Origin: Eledone cirrhosa
Taxonomy: Eukaryota
Assembly: GCA_964016885.1 (NCBI GenBank)
Contig: OZ024743.1
Location: forward strand, 261,206,001-261,270,000
Direction: 5' to 3'
Length of the DNA stretch: 64,000 nt
The notes under the pieces are model-generated. The model did not search any database and was not told the DNA's origin. It saw only the letters and a list, made by a program, of their open reading frames with translations. Positions 1-11,252 of the stretch are shown piece by piece. Positions within the stretch are counted from its first letter, which is position 1; every line of letters begins with the position of its first letter. The position numbers were made by a program, and so were the translations under genes.

Positions 1-914
1 TATAGATCAAAGGGTCTATAGTTTAAGCCATTTCTAGACTTTTGTGGGACATCACTCTCTCTTAGAATATTTAACACTTTAATTGTATCTCTCTCTGTAT
101 AATGGCATATCTCTCTCTTTCTGCCTCTCCCTCTGTGTCTCTCTCTCTTTAGATGTGTGTGTGTAGTTTTTGTGTGATTTAACCAACCAACCAACCAACC
201 AACCAACCAACCAATAAACACCTCTCTTTCATATTATATATAGATTGTATTTTCGCGGTAAAGGCTTTATCTCGCATATCAAATCTATAAGTTTTTCATA
301 TTATTTATTTTGAGAACAATACCTTAATATCTGTATGAGTGACCAGTTACGGCCGGTTTGAACAGAAAGAGGTGAGAGAATTCTAGCCAGATATGGCTGG
401 TTTAAATGCTAAAGGGTTAAGGAAAGCATTTGACCATTCATGCTGGACAACACAAGCACACCTCAAAATGGCTGACTGATCACACGTACTTTTTCTCCCC
501 CCAAATATTTTCATTTTTCTTCCTTTTCTCACTCTCCTTTATCTTTCTATTTGTTCTTCCGATGAAGGAATAATGTCAACAGTGTTAAGACTCTTTTCCT
601 AATATATCAAGCGTTAAACTAATATATCTCTATATATATAAAGTACAGAACAATCAAATCTATGTTTAATAAACATAGATTTGATTGTTCTCATCATCAT
701 CATCATCTTCGTTTAACGTCCATCTTCCACGCTATCATGTTCTGTACTTTATATTCCTGCTCTGTAATACATCTAATGTATTTACAGTGAGCTATTTTTC
801 ATACTGGTAATAAGGTGGTAAAAAATAAAAAATACTGACCTTTCCTATTTATAATTATATATAGTTTATATATAAGTTTAAATAATATTATTATTATTAT
901 CTATCTATATATAT

Positions 915-1763
915 AAAGGTTTCTCTCTAAAAATGAAAGGCAGACTGTATGATCCCTGCATACGAACAGCAATGAGACATGCGCATTGTGTGCAGAGGAT
1001 CTGCGCAGACTGGAGAAGAACGAAGCTTGCATGCTCCGTTGGATGTGTAATAGTAATATACGTGAATGGGAAAGCATAAATGAACTAAGTGAGAAATTAG
1101 GAATAAGAGGGATCAGATGCTGTTTACTTGAGAGAAGACTACTTTGGTATGGTCACGTGATGCGCATGAAAGACGACAGCTGTATAAAAAAGTGCAGGGC
1201 GATCAAAATTGATGGAAGCTACGGAGTAGGCAGACCCAGAAAAACCTGGGACAATTTGATAAATTCCGACCTTACACACTTACACCTCTCCAAGACAATG
1301 TCACTGGACCGAGATCTTTGGCGTTACGCAGTAATACAGAAGACCCGCCTTGCCTAAGTACAAAGCAAAACCTACAGTCAGTAGTAACCTCTTAACCTAA
1401 AATACACCCCAAACCCACACTACCCCTACCCGACCCCCATCTACACTACCCCTTTCTCTGTAAAGTTATGTTGGTACCACAACATCCAGTCCTAAATAAA
1501 TGAGGTAGTGTAGGTGTCACGACAAAAAAACACACAGTCCACGCTGTAATGTGGCCGCGTAGGTAACACGATAAAAACCTCCTAGTCCACACTGTAAACG
1601 TGGTTGGTGTTAGGAAGGGCATCCAGCCATAGAAAACCTGCCAGACAGTCCTATATGAGCGAGACATGGTCACCCGACCAATCTTGCCTCAAGTAGAACA
1701 ATTCCTATCTAAACCCATGCTAGCATGGAAGATAGACGTTAAACGATAATGATGATGATGATG
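915..1763 (+). mobile_element. 5'-truncated RTE-clade LINE (RT C-terminus, 3' UTR, (GAT)n tail)
   Basis: ORF 986-1357 LRRLEKNEACMLRWMC...WYGHVMRM...GRPRKTW; 3' UTR and tail match the 33609-35719 copy. Confidence 0.93.
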
Positions 1764-2204
1764 ATATATATCTTCATTGTACTGTATTGTTTTGCTGTGT
1801 TGTTTTCCGTTTACTTTTCATGCACACACATAAATACATACATACATGAAAGATGTACATGTAATATAGACACATTCAAACCGTTGGACCCTATACTAAC
1901 TTAAATTTCAGGTGAGCCTACACTGGCCAACAGAATGAATTTCCCTCATTCACCAAAAACTAACTGCAGTAAGAGTGGTTAGTCATTATGTGTGTTTATA
2001 TGTATGTGGATTTACTATTGTGCTTAGATGTGCTTAAGCACAGGGTCCGTTGGCCAAGGAGGGGCCCATCATCCTGCCAAAAATGTTTTTTTACCTCCTT
2101 CAGGGCCCTAGTATGTGGCCTTCATCATAAGAAAGAATGAGAAATTAGAAAGATTGAAAGAGCAGGCAGGGCGGATTCAGAAAAAAATAACAGCTCCATT
2201 CATG

Positions 2205-3960
2205 TTAAATGAGGCTGTTAAATGAGGAAAATAAATGGGACAGTAAGGGCCTATCCCATGCAGACCCAACTGATGTACCAGCCATAAAAGTTGACAGCAG
2301 TGTGATAGATAGAGCAGTTAAGGACATGAAAGTGGGGAAGGCAGCTAGACTATCTGGTATAGTTGCTGAGATGATAAAGGCATCTGGCATGGTGGGATAC
2401 AAGCTAGTCTGACATAGTTACTACATTAATTGCTATAAGATCAAGGAAGACACATTAGAGAGAAGTAACTACCGAGACATCAGGTTAATGGACCAGATCA
2501 TGAATGTTGCTGAAAGGGTTATAAGCACAACTAATTTGAGACAAAAATCCAGTTAGATGAGATGCTGTTTGAATTTATGCCAAGCAGGTGTATCACTAAT
2601 GCCTTCTTTCTGGTGAGACATCTACAGAAAAGGTACTTAGCTAAGAATAAGCCACTGTCTCTAGCATTTGTAGATCTAGAGAAGGCTTTTAACAGGGTCC
2701 CAGGCTCTGAAATATGGTAGGCACTTAGGAAGCTAGGTGAAGACAAATGGCTTATGAGGGCCATGCAGGCCATGTATAAAAGTGGGAGTTGGTAATGAGT
2801 ACTGTGATGAATTTGAAGTGTAGGGCTCTGTCCACTCCTATTTATCATTGAATTTGAAGTGCAGGGCTCTGTCCACTCCTATTTATCATTGTCCTTCAGG
2901 TCATCATTGAAGGGTTTAAAACTGGCACTCCATAGGAGCTCCTATATGTTGATGACCTAGTCCTTAAAGCTGAAGGCATATGAGAATTAGAGGCAAAATT
3001 TCAAACATGGAAGAAGAACCTAGAGTTGAAAGGCCTAAAAGTAAACTTAGCAAAGATGAAAGCCTTAATAAGTAGGAAAGAGGACAGGAGGGTGATACCA
3101 TCAGGGAAGTGACTGTTCAATATGTCAGAAAGGGGTTGGCAGAAATTCCATAAGGTACACAGTGTAATTTATGGATGCTTAAGAAATGTAGTAGGATCGC
3201 AGGCAGGTTAACAGAAAAGATATACTTTGTGTGTAGCAGATGCACAAGAGAAGTAATCACTAAGTGCACATATGAAATAAATACCTTCAATTGCGTTAGA
3301 AGTTGTTGACAGCTTTTGTTACCTAGGTGACCAAATTAGCAGTTGGGGAGGATACTTTGAAAGTATGATAGCTAGGATAAGAACATGCTGGAAAAAATTT
3401 AGAGAGCTGTTACCATTGTTGTCAACAAAGGGCTTTTTTCTCAGAGCAAAGGGTAGACTGTATGATGCCTGTATGTGAACTGCAATGCTACATGGTAGTG
3501 AAACATGGGCCTTAACCACAGAAGACCTGTGGAGGCTAGAAAGAAACAAATTGAGTATGTTCTGATGGATATGTAATGTTAGTGTGCATGAATGACATAG
3601 CATAAGCAAACTGGAGGAAAAACTTGGCATAAGAAGAACTGGATGTAGTGTGTGTGTGTGTGTGAGGGATGTATGGACTTTGATGCTTATAGAAAATAGT
3701 AGCTGCATAAAAAAATACAGAGAAACTCCAGTGGTTGGGACTTGTGGAAGACTTAGGATCAGGTTGTGAAGACTGACTTTAAAAAACTAAACCTCACAAC
3801 AGAGATAACAAAGGGCTACAAAGACTGGCACTATGCTGTGCTAGTGAAGACACAGCCAACAGCATACAATGGGACCTGACTTATCCTCATGTCCCCCCAC
3901 TTCCACTCCTTGCTAGCTGACCTCACCATCATTGCACTGATGAGTGCTACCCCTCCACTC
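2205..3960 (+). mobile_element. Degraded RTE LINE (RT domain with stops and frameshifts)
   Basis: Colinear with the 33609-35422 RTE (AFVDLEKAF, ELLYVDDL, DSFCYLGDQIS); internal tandem duplication near 2809-2890. Confidence 0.9.
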
Positions 3961-4019
3961 CATGCTATTGACCACCCTGACTATCCCCCCCCCCCCCCCC
4001 CCACCACCACTATCTCCAC

Positions 4020-4730
4020 TTAGGTGTTCTCATTTACATTGCACATCCAATGAAACATGATTGCTTCATTTATCTCCAGTCTATGCATGTCCTCTGCAAT
4101 TAGAGCCCATGTTTCACTACCATGCAACATCGTGCACTGCACATAGCCATCATGGAGCCCTTCCTTTTGTATGTAGGGAGAAGTCTTTTGTTATCAACTG
4201 TAGGAGCAGTTCTCTAAACTTCTTCCATCCTATCCTTATTCTAGCTATTCTACTCTAGGTGCACCCTCTGCCACTACTAATTAGGTCACCTAGATAGCAG
4301 TAGCTATCAACCACGTCTATGGATCCTTCCTGTGACTGAAAAAGGTTTATATCATTAGCAGTCTACCTTTTAGTGGACTAAGAACTGAACCTTGATCAGC
4401 TCCTACTTGTACCTTGAATTCCTCACTAAATTCACTTTCTACTTTCACTTTACTCTGTACATGGCTTGCACTGCTCTCACAGGTCATTCTTCTACACCTA
4501 ATTTCCTTAAGGACCACCAGATAATAGACCAAGGTACTCTGTCAAAGGCCTTCTCTGGATAATCAAAAGCTAAATATAATGGTATATTGTTTTCTAGGAA
4601 CTTCTCTTGTAGTTGCCTCACTAAGAAGAGGGCAACTCTAGTACTTTTCCCAGGCATAAAACCAAACTGCCTCTTATATATTTTGACTCTTATGCTATCA
4701 AAAGTTATCCCTTCACCACTCATCACCCTA
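4020..4730 (-). mobile_element. Internally deleted RTE LINE fragments
   Basis: QFGFMPGKST.ALFLVRQLQEKFL...EKAFDRVP and QGSVLSPL on the minus strand. Confidence 0.88.
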
Positions 4731-5505
4731 TCAAATCACACCTCACTCACCATACACCCATAATCTCATACTTCTATCACCCCACCCAACCTCCACAGAT
4801 CAGAGAGGGCACTTCAGTTGGGACACTGACCAATAACCTCTCTAGTGATGGTGCCACGAAAATGCACCTAATACACCCTGTAAGGTCTCTGACAATAGGA
4901 AGGGCATCCAGCCCTAGAAACCATGCCTAAAAGAATTGAGAGGACCCTTCACTTGTGTCACGGTGCATCAACCTTTCTAGTGTTGGTGAACTACATGATA
5001 ATCACACCCAGTATTGTAAAGTGGTTGGTGATAGGAAGGGCATCCAGCCATAGAAAGAAAGCTTGCCAAACAAAGTGTTGTGAGAACCCTTCATTTGTGT
5101 CAAGCACATGACAACCTTTCTAGTGTTGGTGATCTACAGGATAAATGCACCCAGTACATGCTGTAAAGTGGTTGGTGTTAGGAAGGGCATACAGCCATAG
5201 AAATCTTGCCAAACATAGACTGTATAGAAATCTTTCCAAACATGTGACTGTATGTAAGCAAAATGCAGACCCTAGCCTGTTTGGGAGGCCTGCCTCAGTA
5301 CTGACTCAGTCAGTGAAGACTCATCCAACCCTTGCTAGCAAGGAAAATGGATGTTAAATGATAGTGATGATCATGATGATCATGATATATATATGTGTGT
5401 GTGCATGTTTGTGTAAATATCTATATATATATATATCTATATATATAGTTTTAATATAGATGAGATTCTACAGGACTAGAACTGTTTCATTCATTAGAAA
5501 TCATC

Positions 5506-5556
5506 AGATTCCTGATGATTTCTAATGAATGAAACAGTTCTAGTCCTGTAGAATCT
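5506..5556 (+). ncRNA. Type I hammerhead ribozyme motif (Penelope-like terminal repeat)
   Basis: agattc-CTGATGA-t ttc taat gaa t-GAAACAG-ttctagtc-CTGTA-gaatct: 6-bp stem I, short stem II, 4-bp stem III, GUA triplet. Confidence 0.7.
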
Positions 5557-7556
5557 CATCTATATTAAAACTGTTATACTCTGCTATGTATTGAGTACCT
5601 TACTTACTGTGGTTACCTCCGATTCAACCCGGAATAACGTATATCTATATATATATATATATATATATGCATATATATTTCAGGGAAAGTGGTCGTTTAC
5701 CCATCCCAACCTTGGTGACACAATAAAAAGTACCCAGTCCTCACTCTATAGTGAGTGGTCATTTTAGTGACGTGACAAAAAGTGCCCAGTCCATACTGTA
5801 AAGTGGTTGTTTTTGTGCCACCACAAAGAGCACCAAGTCCACACTGTAAAGTGGCCGTCTTGGTCACACAACAAAAAGTGCCTAGTCCACACTGTAAATG
5901 TGATTGGCATTATGAGGGGCATCTACCTGTAGAAACCAAGCCATGTAGAAACCATGGAAAAATGGACATTAAATGATGATGATGGTGTGTGCACACTCAT
6001 ATATTTTCAGTGAATTTCTTCAATTGAGTATTAAGTTTTTTCCAGTATGTGAACATGAATGTATGCAGTGCATGCTTTGACCAAGATCAGACTATTTGTA
6101 GCCATTAATATGAAATGTGGTATATCCATCATTGCACCTGTCACAAACCCTATAATTAATGTGAAATGTGGTAATCATTACACCTGATATAAACCCTATA
6201 ATTAATGTAAAATGTGGTATCATTACACCTATCATAATTCAACTGAAGAAAATTATATTTGTTCAGCCAAAACTGACTTTTCATATTGTTGCAGCTCCGA
6301 GATTCATGTTTCTAGCACACTCTTCAATATATGTATTGAATAACTTATTTCCCTTTTGTCTATACATCCAAATAGACACACACATGCACTCATGCAGACA
6401 CACACACACACTTTAATATACAATGCAGTAAATTGACAGAATTGTTAGAGTATTGGATTAAATGTTTGGTGTTTGTTCTGGTTCCATTCATTTTGAGTAA
6501 TGCTAAAGCTGACAAGTTCATAGGCTGACCATGATACTCTCATGGAATGACCAAATGAGGTTTATTTTTCAACATAGTCCCCGGAAAGAAATAATGCAGT
6601 TATTAATAAGAAGAGTTGAAATTAATGCATGCAAGATTTTACAGCTCTAGCATCACTACTTGATAGTCAGCCTATGAACTTTTCAGCTGACATTCATATT
6701 ACAGCCTGATTTGTACACGATATAATGATATTACACATATATGAAAAAATATCCCATTTCTTTCAATCTATCTATATTATAAAAAGGAATCTTTTTCTCC
6801 CTCTGTCCATCCGTCACAACTTATATGTAGGAGGGGAAAACAGGAGAAGTGAAAAGTTGTTTCAAAAAAACATTTTTTCCGATTCCGCCCCACCCGTCCC
6901 TTCAATCTTTCTAATTTCTCATTCTTTCTTCTGATGAAAGACTAGCATCCAAAACATTAAGACCTTCATCCTGCTATTTCAAGCGTTATACTAATATATT
7001 CCTTCCATATACTGTTGTACCGATTGTGTTGTTTTTACCTTTTACACACACACACATATATATATATATAAATTGACATCGCTTAATAGGCATCGTTCAA
7101 AATGACTTCACTTAACTTGACTTTGCTCAAACGATTGGAGACGGTTTGTTCTAGCTCTCTCTGCTCTGAGTTCAAATCCTTTTGAGGTCAACAAAGTATC
7201 AGTACATGGTGGTTGGGTTGGCAGGCTGCTTTGGCAGTATCTGTTCCAGCTGTTCAAATTCTTCTTTATGTCACTGGAAGAGCAGTGACATTTCTATCAG
7301 GTGTTGTGACCAGCAGATAGTACCAGCAATGGAAAGATCAATTGAAATATTGATACCTTTGTCTGATTTGATGATTGGTTCCTTTCTTCTTTCAGAAGTT
7401 ATGACCAACAGATAATACCAGCATTGGAAAAAACCAATGGAAACATAGTTTCCATGGTCCAATCTGTTGATCAGCTTCTATAATATATTCCATGCAAGAA
7501 TGGAAAAAAATTATGTAAAATGATGATGATGTGTAACTAAATATTTTTCTTTGTAG

Positions 7557-7643
7557 CTAACAAAGAAAGCCTCGCTGTTAAGAAGAACTACACAAAGGCT
7601 TTGGATGGTTATGGATGTCTTGGTGTACTACAAATCAAGTCAG
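7557..7643 (+). CDS. SYNJ1: Synaptojanin exon (first in window; Sac1 N-terminal region, NKESLAVKKNYTKALDGYGCLGVLQIKSG)
   Basis: ttgtag acceptor, gtgaat donor; resembles vertebrate SYNJ1 [23 protein letters not shown]; phase joins next exon. Not in the ORF track. Confidence 0.9.
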
Positions 7644-7872
7644 GTGAATTAACACATCTTACTTTTTATGTTCCAATGTTTTAAAAATATTTTGTTTTTA
7701 TATGAATATAAAATCTCAATATCTTATTGTTGAACATTACTACTGAAGGAAAGGGTGACACATTTAAATATCAAACCATAAATGTTTCTTTCGTCATTTT
7801 TGTTGATGTGCAATCAGGTTTGATTACTAGAGCAGGCAGCATTTTATGTTCTTGAGCTTATTAATTTTTCAG

Positions 7873-8120
7873 GATAGGACTGGGACCCCTATTATTAAAA
7901 CACCTTAGAAACCTCCTATGGGACTTTGTAGGAAGCCAGCTAAACTTATATTGGTGTGGTTGTAACAATAACAACTTGATACGACTGGGTCCCCTATCAC
8001 TAAAACACCCAAGAAACCTCCTATGAGACACAACCTCATATGAGGTCAGCTAAACCTATGTAGGTGTGAGCTGTAACAATAACATGATATGACTGGGCCC
8101 CTATCATTTAAACACCCAAG
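7873..8120. repeat. About 105-bp tandem repeat (2.5-3 copies); same family at 18444-18855
   Basis: gataggactgggaccc...aaaacacccaagaaacctcctatg...gctgtaacaataacat recurring at 7873, 7978 and 8086. Confidence 0.85.
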
Positions 8121-8297
8121 CAGCATGTGAAAATGTCCAAAATAGTGGAGATGGTCATATGGTGTTAAGACCTGTCACAGGATTTGGTGTGGATTGTGTG
8201 GTAAAAAATGAAGGCTTCAAATTTTTCTTATTGTGGTCAGAATAAGAAGTGTCAAAAACCAGGTTCAACTGCTTAACAAGCTATAAGGAGAAAGGGG

Positions 8298-8602
8298 CTC
8301 ATATTGTAGAGCTATCATAAGGAACTAAATACTCAGTCACACATTGTAGAGCTAACCTATACACAAGTACACATTATAGAGATAGTGTATGGGACTAAAT
8401 ATTCAGACACATACGGTAGAGTTATCCTAGGACACTACCCAAACACACACTGTAGAGCTAGCCTAGGGCACTAAATACCTAGGCATTTTGTAAAGCTAGC
8501 CTATGTGATTAAATACCCAGGCACACACAGTAGGATTAGCCTAGGTCACTAAATACACAGGCATATATTGCAAGACTAGCCAAAAGCACTAAATACCCAG
8601 AT
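8298..8602. repeat. Degenerate 38-40-bp minisatellite
   Basis: Recurring cacattgtagagctagcctagggcactaaataccc. Confidence 0.75.
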
Positions 8603-9029
8603 GTTGACCATGGCTTCAGCTTTAGACAAGTCAAGATTATTAGTTAATGCATCCCTTTGTTAACCCGTGCGAAGGACAATACGGTATGACTGCCTTTGTT
8701 ATGTCTAGCCATATTGCAGTGTTTTGGTGGTCTTATTTGCATCGGTCAACAATTTGGTACTTTTCTCTGATCCATGAAGACTGGGCTTTTTTTAGAGGTG
8801 GTCTTTACTCGCTTCATCGAAATTACATCACTGGTTTGTGAGAGTTTTCTTGCAAGCTAAAGGTGTCACTTATTGTTCCACCTCCCCTAGTAGATTACCG
8901 CTGTTGGTCTAGGGTTGCTTATTCGTTCAGCAGGTGCCTGCATATATAGCAACTGACCATCATATTTTGTGGCCATATCACTATCAGTCACCTGCAACCC
9001 ATTCTCTAGCAGAATAGCTCTGCCATGAA

Positions 9030-9285
9030 TTTAAAAATCATAGCTCCAGTACTACAGGCATGTGGTTAGAATGTCTCAGGAAAGAATCACTGGACAGATT
9101 TTATGGGCAAAACCAGCTGGCAGGAGACCCAGATGTAGACCCTGAGCAAGTCGGTTAGATAACAGTCATGAGCTCAGCTGGATCAACTGGAGATGGCTAC
9201 TTCTGACAGGACCTGTTGCAAGGAGTGTTTGAAGACACTGCCTCCAGGACCCTTCCAGGAATAAGTGGGTAAAGAAGATTATTAG
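9030..9285 (+). mobile_element. 3' end of a second RTE-like family; related piece on the minus strand at about 31950-32080
   Basis: Translates as LQYYRHVVRMSQERITGQILWAKPAGRRPRCRP; terminal gaagacactgcctccaggacccttccaggaa resembles the reverse complement of 31960-32000. Confidence 0.7.
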
Positions 9286-10521
9286 TTTCCTTCAGTTTAT
9301 CTGTTAATATGATGTCATCTCCACCAAACACCAATGCATATATAAACCAGACTGTCAGTCCTATCATTAAACTCATATATACACATGCCTGTTTTCTCAA
9401 TTTCATCAAATATTTATCAATGCTTCTCCCATTTTATTTGGTAATGAGGGACATCTTCAGCTTTAAAAATATTAACACTAGATACACAGAAATTGTAAGT
9501 TCTATGACGTTTACATATATATTTTTACTGTGATCCTTCCTAATATGTTAAGTCATTATAAATGTTTTTACCTTGTTCATTAATAACACATTGTAGCAGT
9601 TCAACTCCCAATCTGACAGCTAATTCAATTGACTTATTGTGTAAAATCCATCAGAAAACTACGTGGAGTAATACCAGTTATAAGTTTAGAATCTAACAAC
9701 TGGTGTTCAGCCACTCAGTCAAATATTTCAAAGAAAGCCCATGGGCAATTCACTAATCAATTACGTTACTAGTGAAGAATATAGGAGCAATGAAACACCA
9801 CCAGCATTGATAAAGTCATTATTGTGTCCAGTTTACACTTCTGACACCACATTATAACTAGTTGCCTGTTAAAAGATGCAGGGATATGATGTTCCTATTG
9901 TAAACTAGATACAGAAATATATTAAAGTTATTAGAATACATGTTTTTGCATAGAGCATCTCAACTGATATCATGCTAATGTCATAAACACAGAAGCAATG
10001 AGAATAGTACTGATTTTCTGTCAGGGTTAAAAATCACTGCTTCCCAATTTATTGATAAACAATGTTTATAACTAAAAAGACATTTGAAAATGTTGATATC
10101 CAAACACAGCCACTACAATGACAATAGCATTAGAAAATTGAATAAAATCCTTTAGGGACAGAAAATAAGAGTACTTGCAGGCCACTTGTTTTCTGTACCT
10201 CAGGGTATTTTACCTGCTTTTCTAATGCTATTATCATTTTAGTGACTTTGTATTTGGATATCAGCATTTTCACCTTTCAAATCCAAATATCTTGATAAAT
10301 TGTAAGATTTGTTTACTTCTGGCTGTAGCCACTAAAACTGTCATATATAGTTCCTAATTTGGACAGAAACTGTTGCCAGCTGCCATCTGGCATAAACATA
10401 ATACACTTGGCTGGAATTGAAGGGATACAGTGTTCAATTCATTGTAGTGGATGATGGCCACTTATTTTTCCTAATGTTATTACCATTGTAGCAACTCTGT
10501 GGTTGGATATCAACATTTTAA

Positions 10522-10742
10522 CCCTTTAGCATTTAAATTGGCCATATCCGGCCAGAATTCTCTCACCTCTTTTTGTTCAAACCGGCCACAACTGGCTACT
10601 CATACTAATGTTAAAGTATTGTTCTCAAAATAAATAACACCAACATCTCATAGATTCGATAGTATGTGAGATAATTATGAGAGATAAAGCCTTTACCACA
10701 AAAATACAATAGTATATATAGAGTAATGTAAATGTTAAAGGG
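10522..10742. mobile_element. piggyBac-like MITE; related copies at about 236-416 (partial), 17214-17434 and 40266-40451
   Basis: TTAA|CCCTTTAGCATTTA...TAAATGTTAAAGGG|TTAA: terminal inverted repeats starting CCC, flanked by TTAA. Confidence 0.85.
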
Positions 10743-10872
10743 TTAAAATTTCAAATAATGCAGACACTTTGATAAATCATGAGATTTAAAAGAAAGAAAT
10801 TTCAATTAAATTAAAATTTCATTCTTAAACATTGACTATTCTATTTTTACTTGCTTGTGTTGATTTTCCTAG

Positions 10873-11140
10873 GTGAAAGTAGCAGCCTCTATCTTGGGAT
10901 TGTTACATCATGTGTGTCAGTGAACAAAATCATGGAATCGGAGGTGTTTCGCATCACAGCTACCAACTTCATTCCTCTTCAGAGCCAAAATGCTGAAGAA
11001 GAGAAAATCAATGAAATCCGCAAGCTGCTGAGTTCCGGAACATTCTATTTCTCTTGGTCGACCACAAGTTACCTATGGGATCTGACTTTATGTGCTCAGA
11101 GGCAATTTCAACAATGTGACACCGACAACAGATTCTTTTG
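10873..11140 (+). CDS. SYNJ1: Synaptojanin exon (Sac1; GESSSLYLGIVTSC...LLSSGTFYFSW...DNRFFW)
   Basis: cctag acceptor, TG|gtttgt donor; Sac1 motifs GTFYFS and RFFW. Confidence 0.95.
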
Positions 11141-11221
11141 GTTTGTATCAATCAATACACACATACACACACAACTTCTCTCTCTCTATCAATCCATCTA
11201 TCTATTTCTCTTTCTCTCTCC

Positions 11222-11250
<29 letters not shown>

Positions 11251-11252
<2 letters not shown>

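Noticed and set aside
3934-3947. CTGATGA motif (also at 27938 and 53022)
   Set aside because: No downstream GAAA box or stems I and III, so not hammerheads.
1-7556. Search for the ATG-containing synaptojanin exon
   Set aside because: No segment matching the expected N-terminus was found; it probably lies upstream of the window.
9197-9409. Minus-strand ORF resembling a type II membrane protein (possible nested gene)
   Set aside because: Its 3' half is antisense to an RTE-like 3' end and the rest is AT-rich intron; no continuation or splice support.
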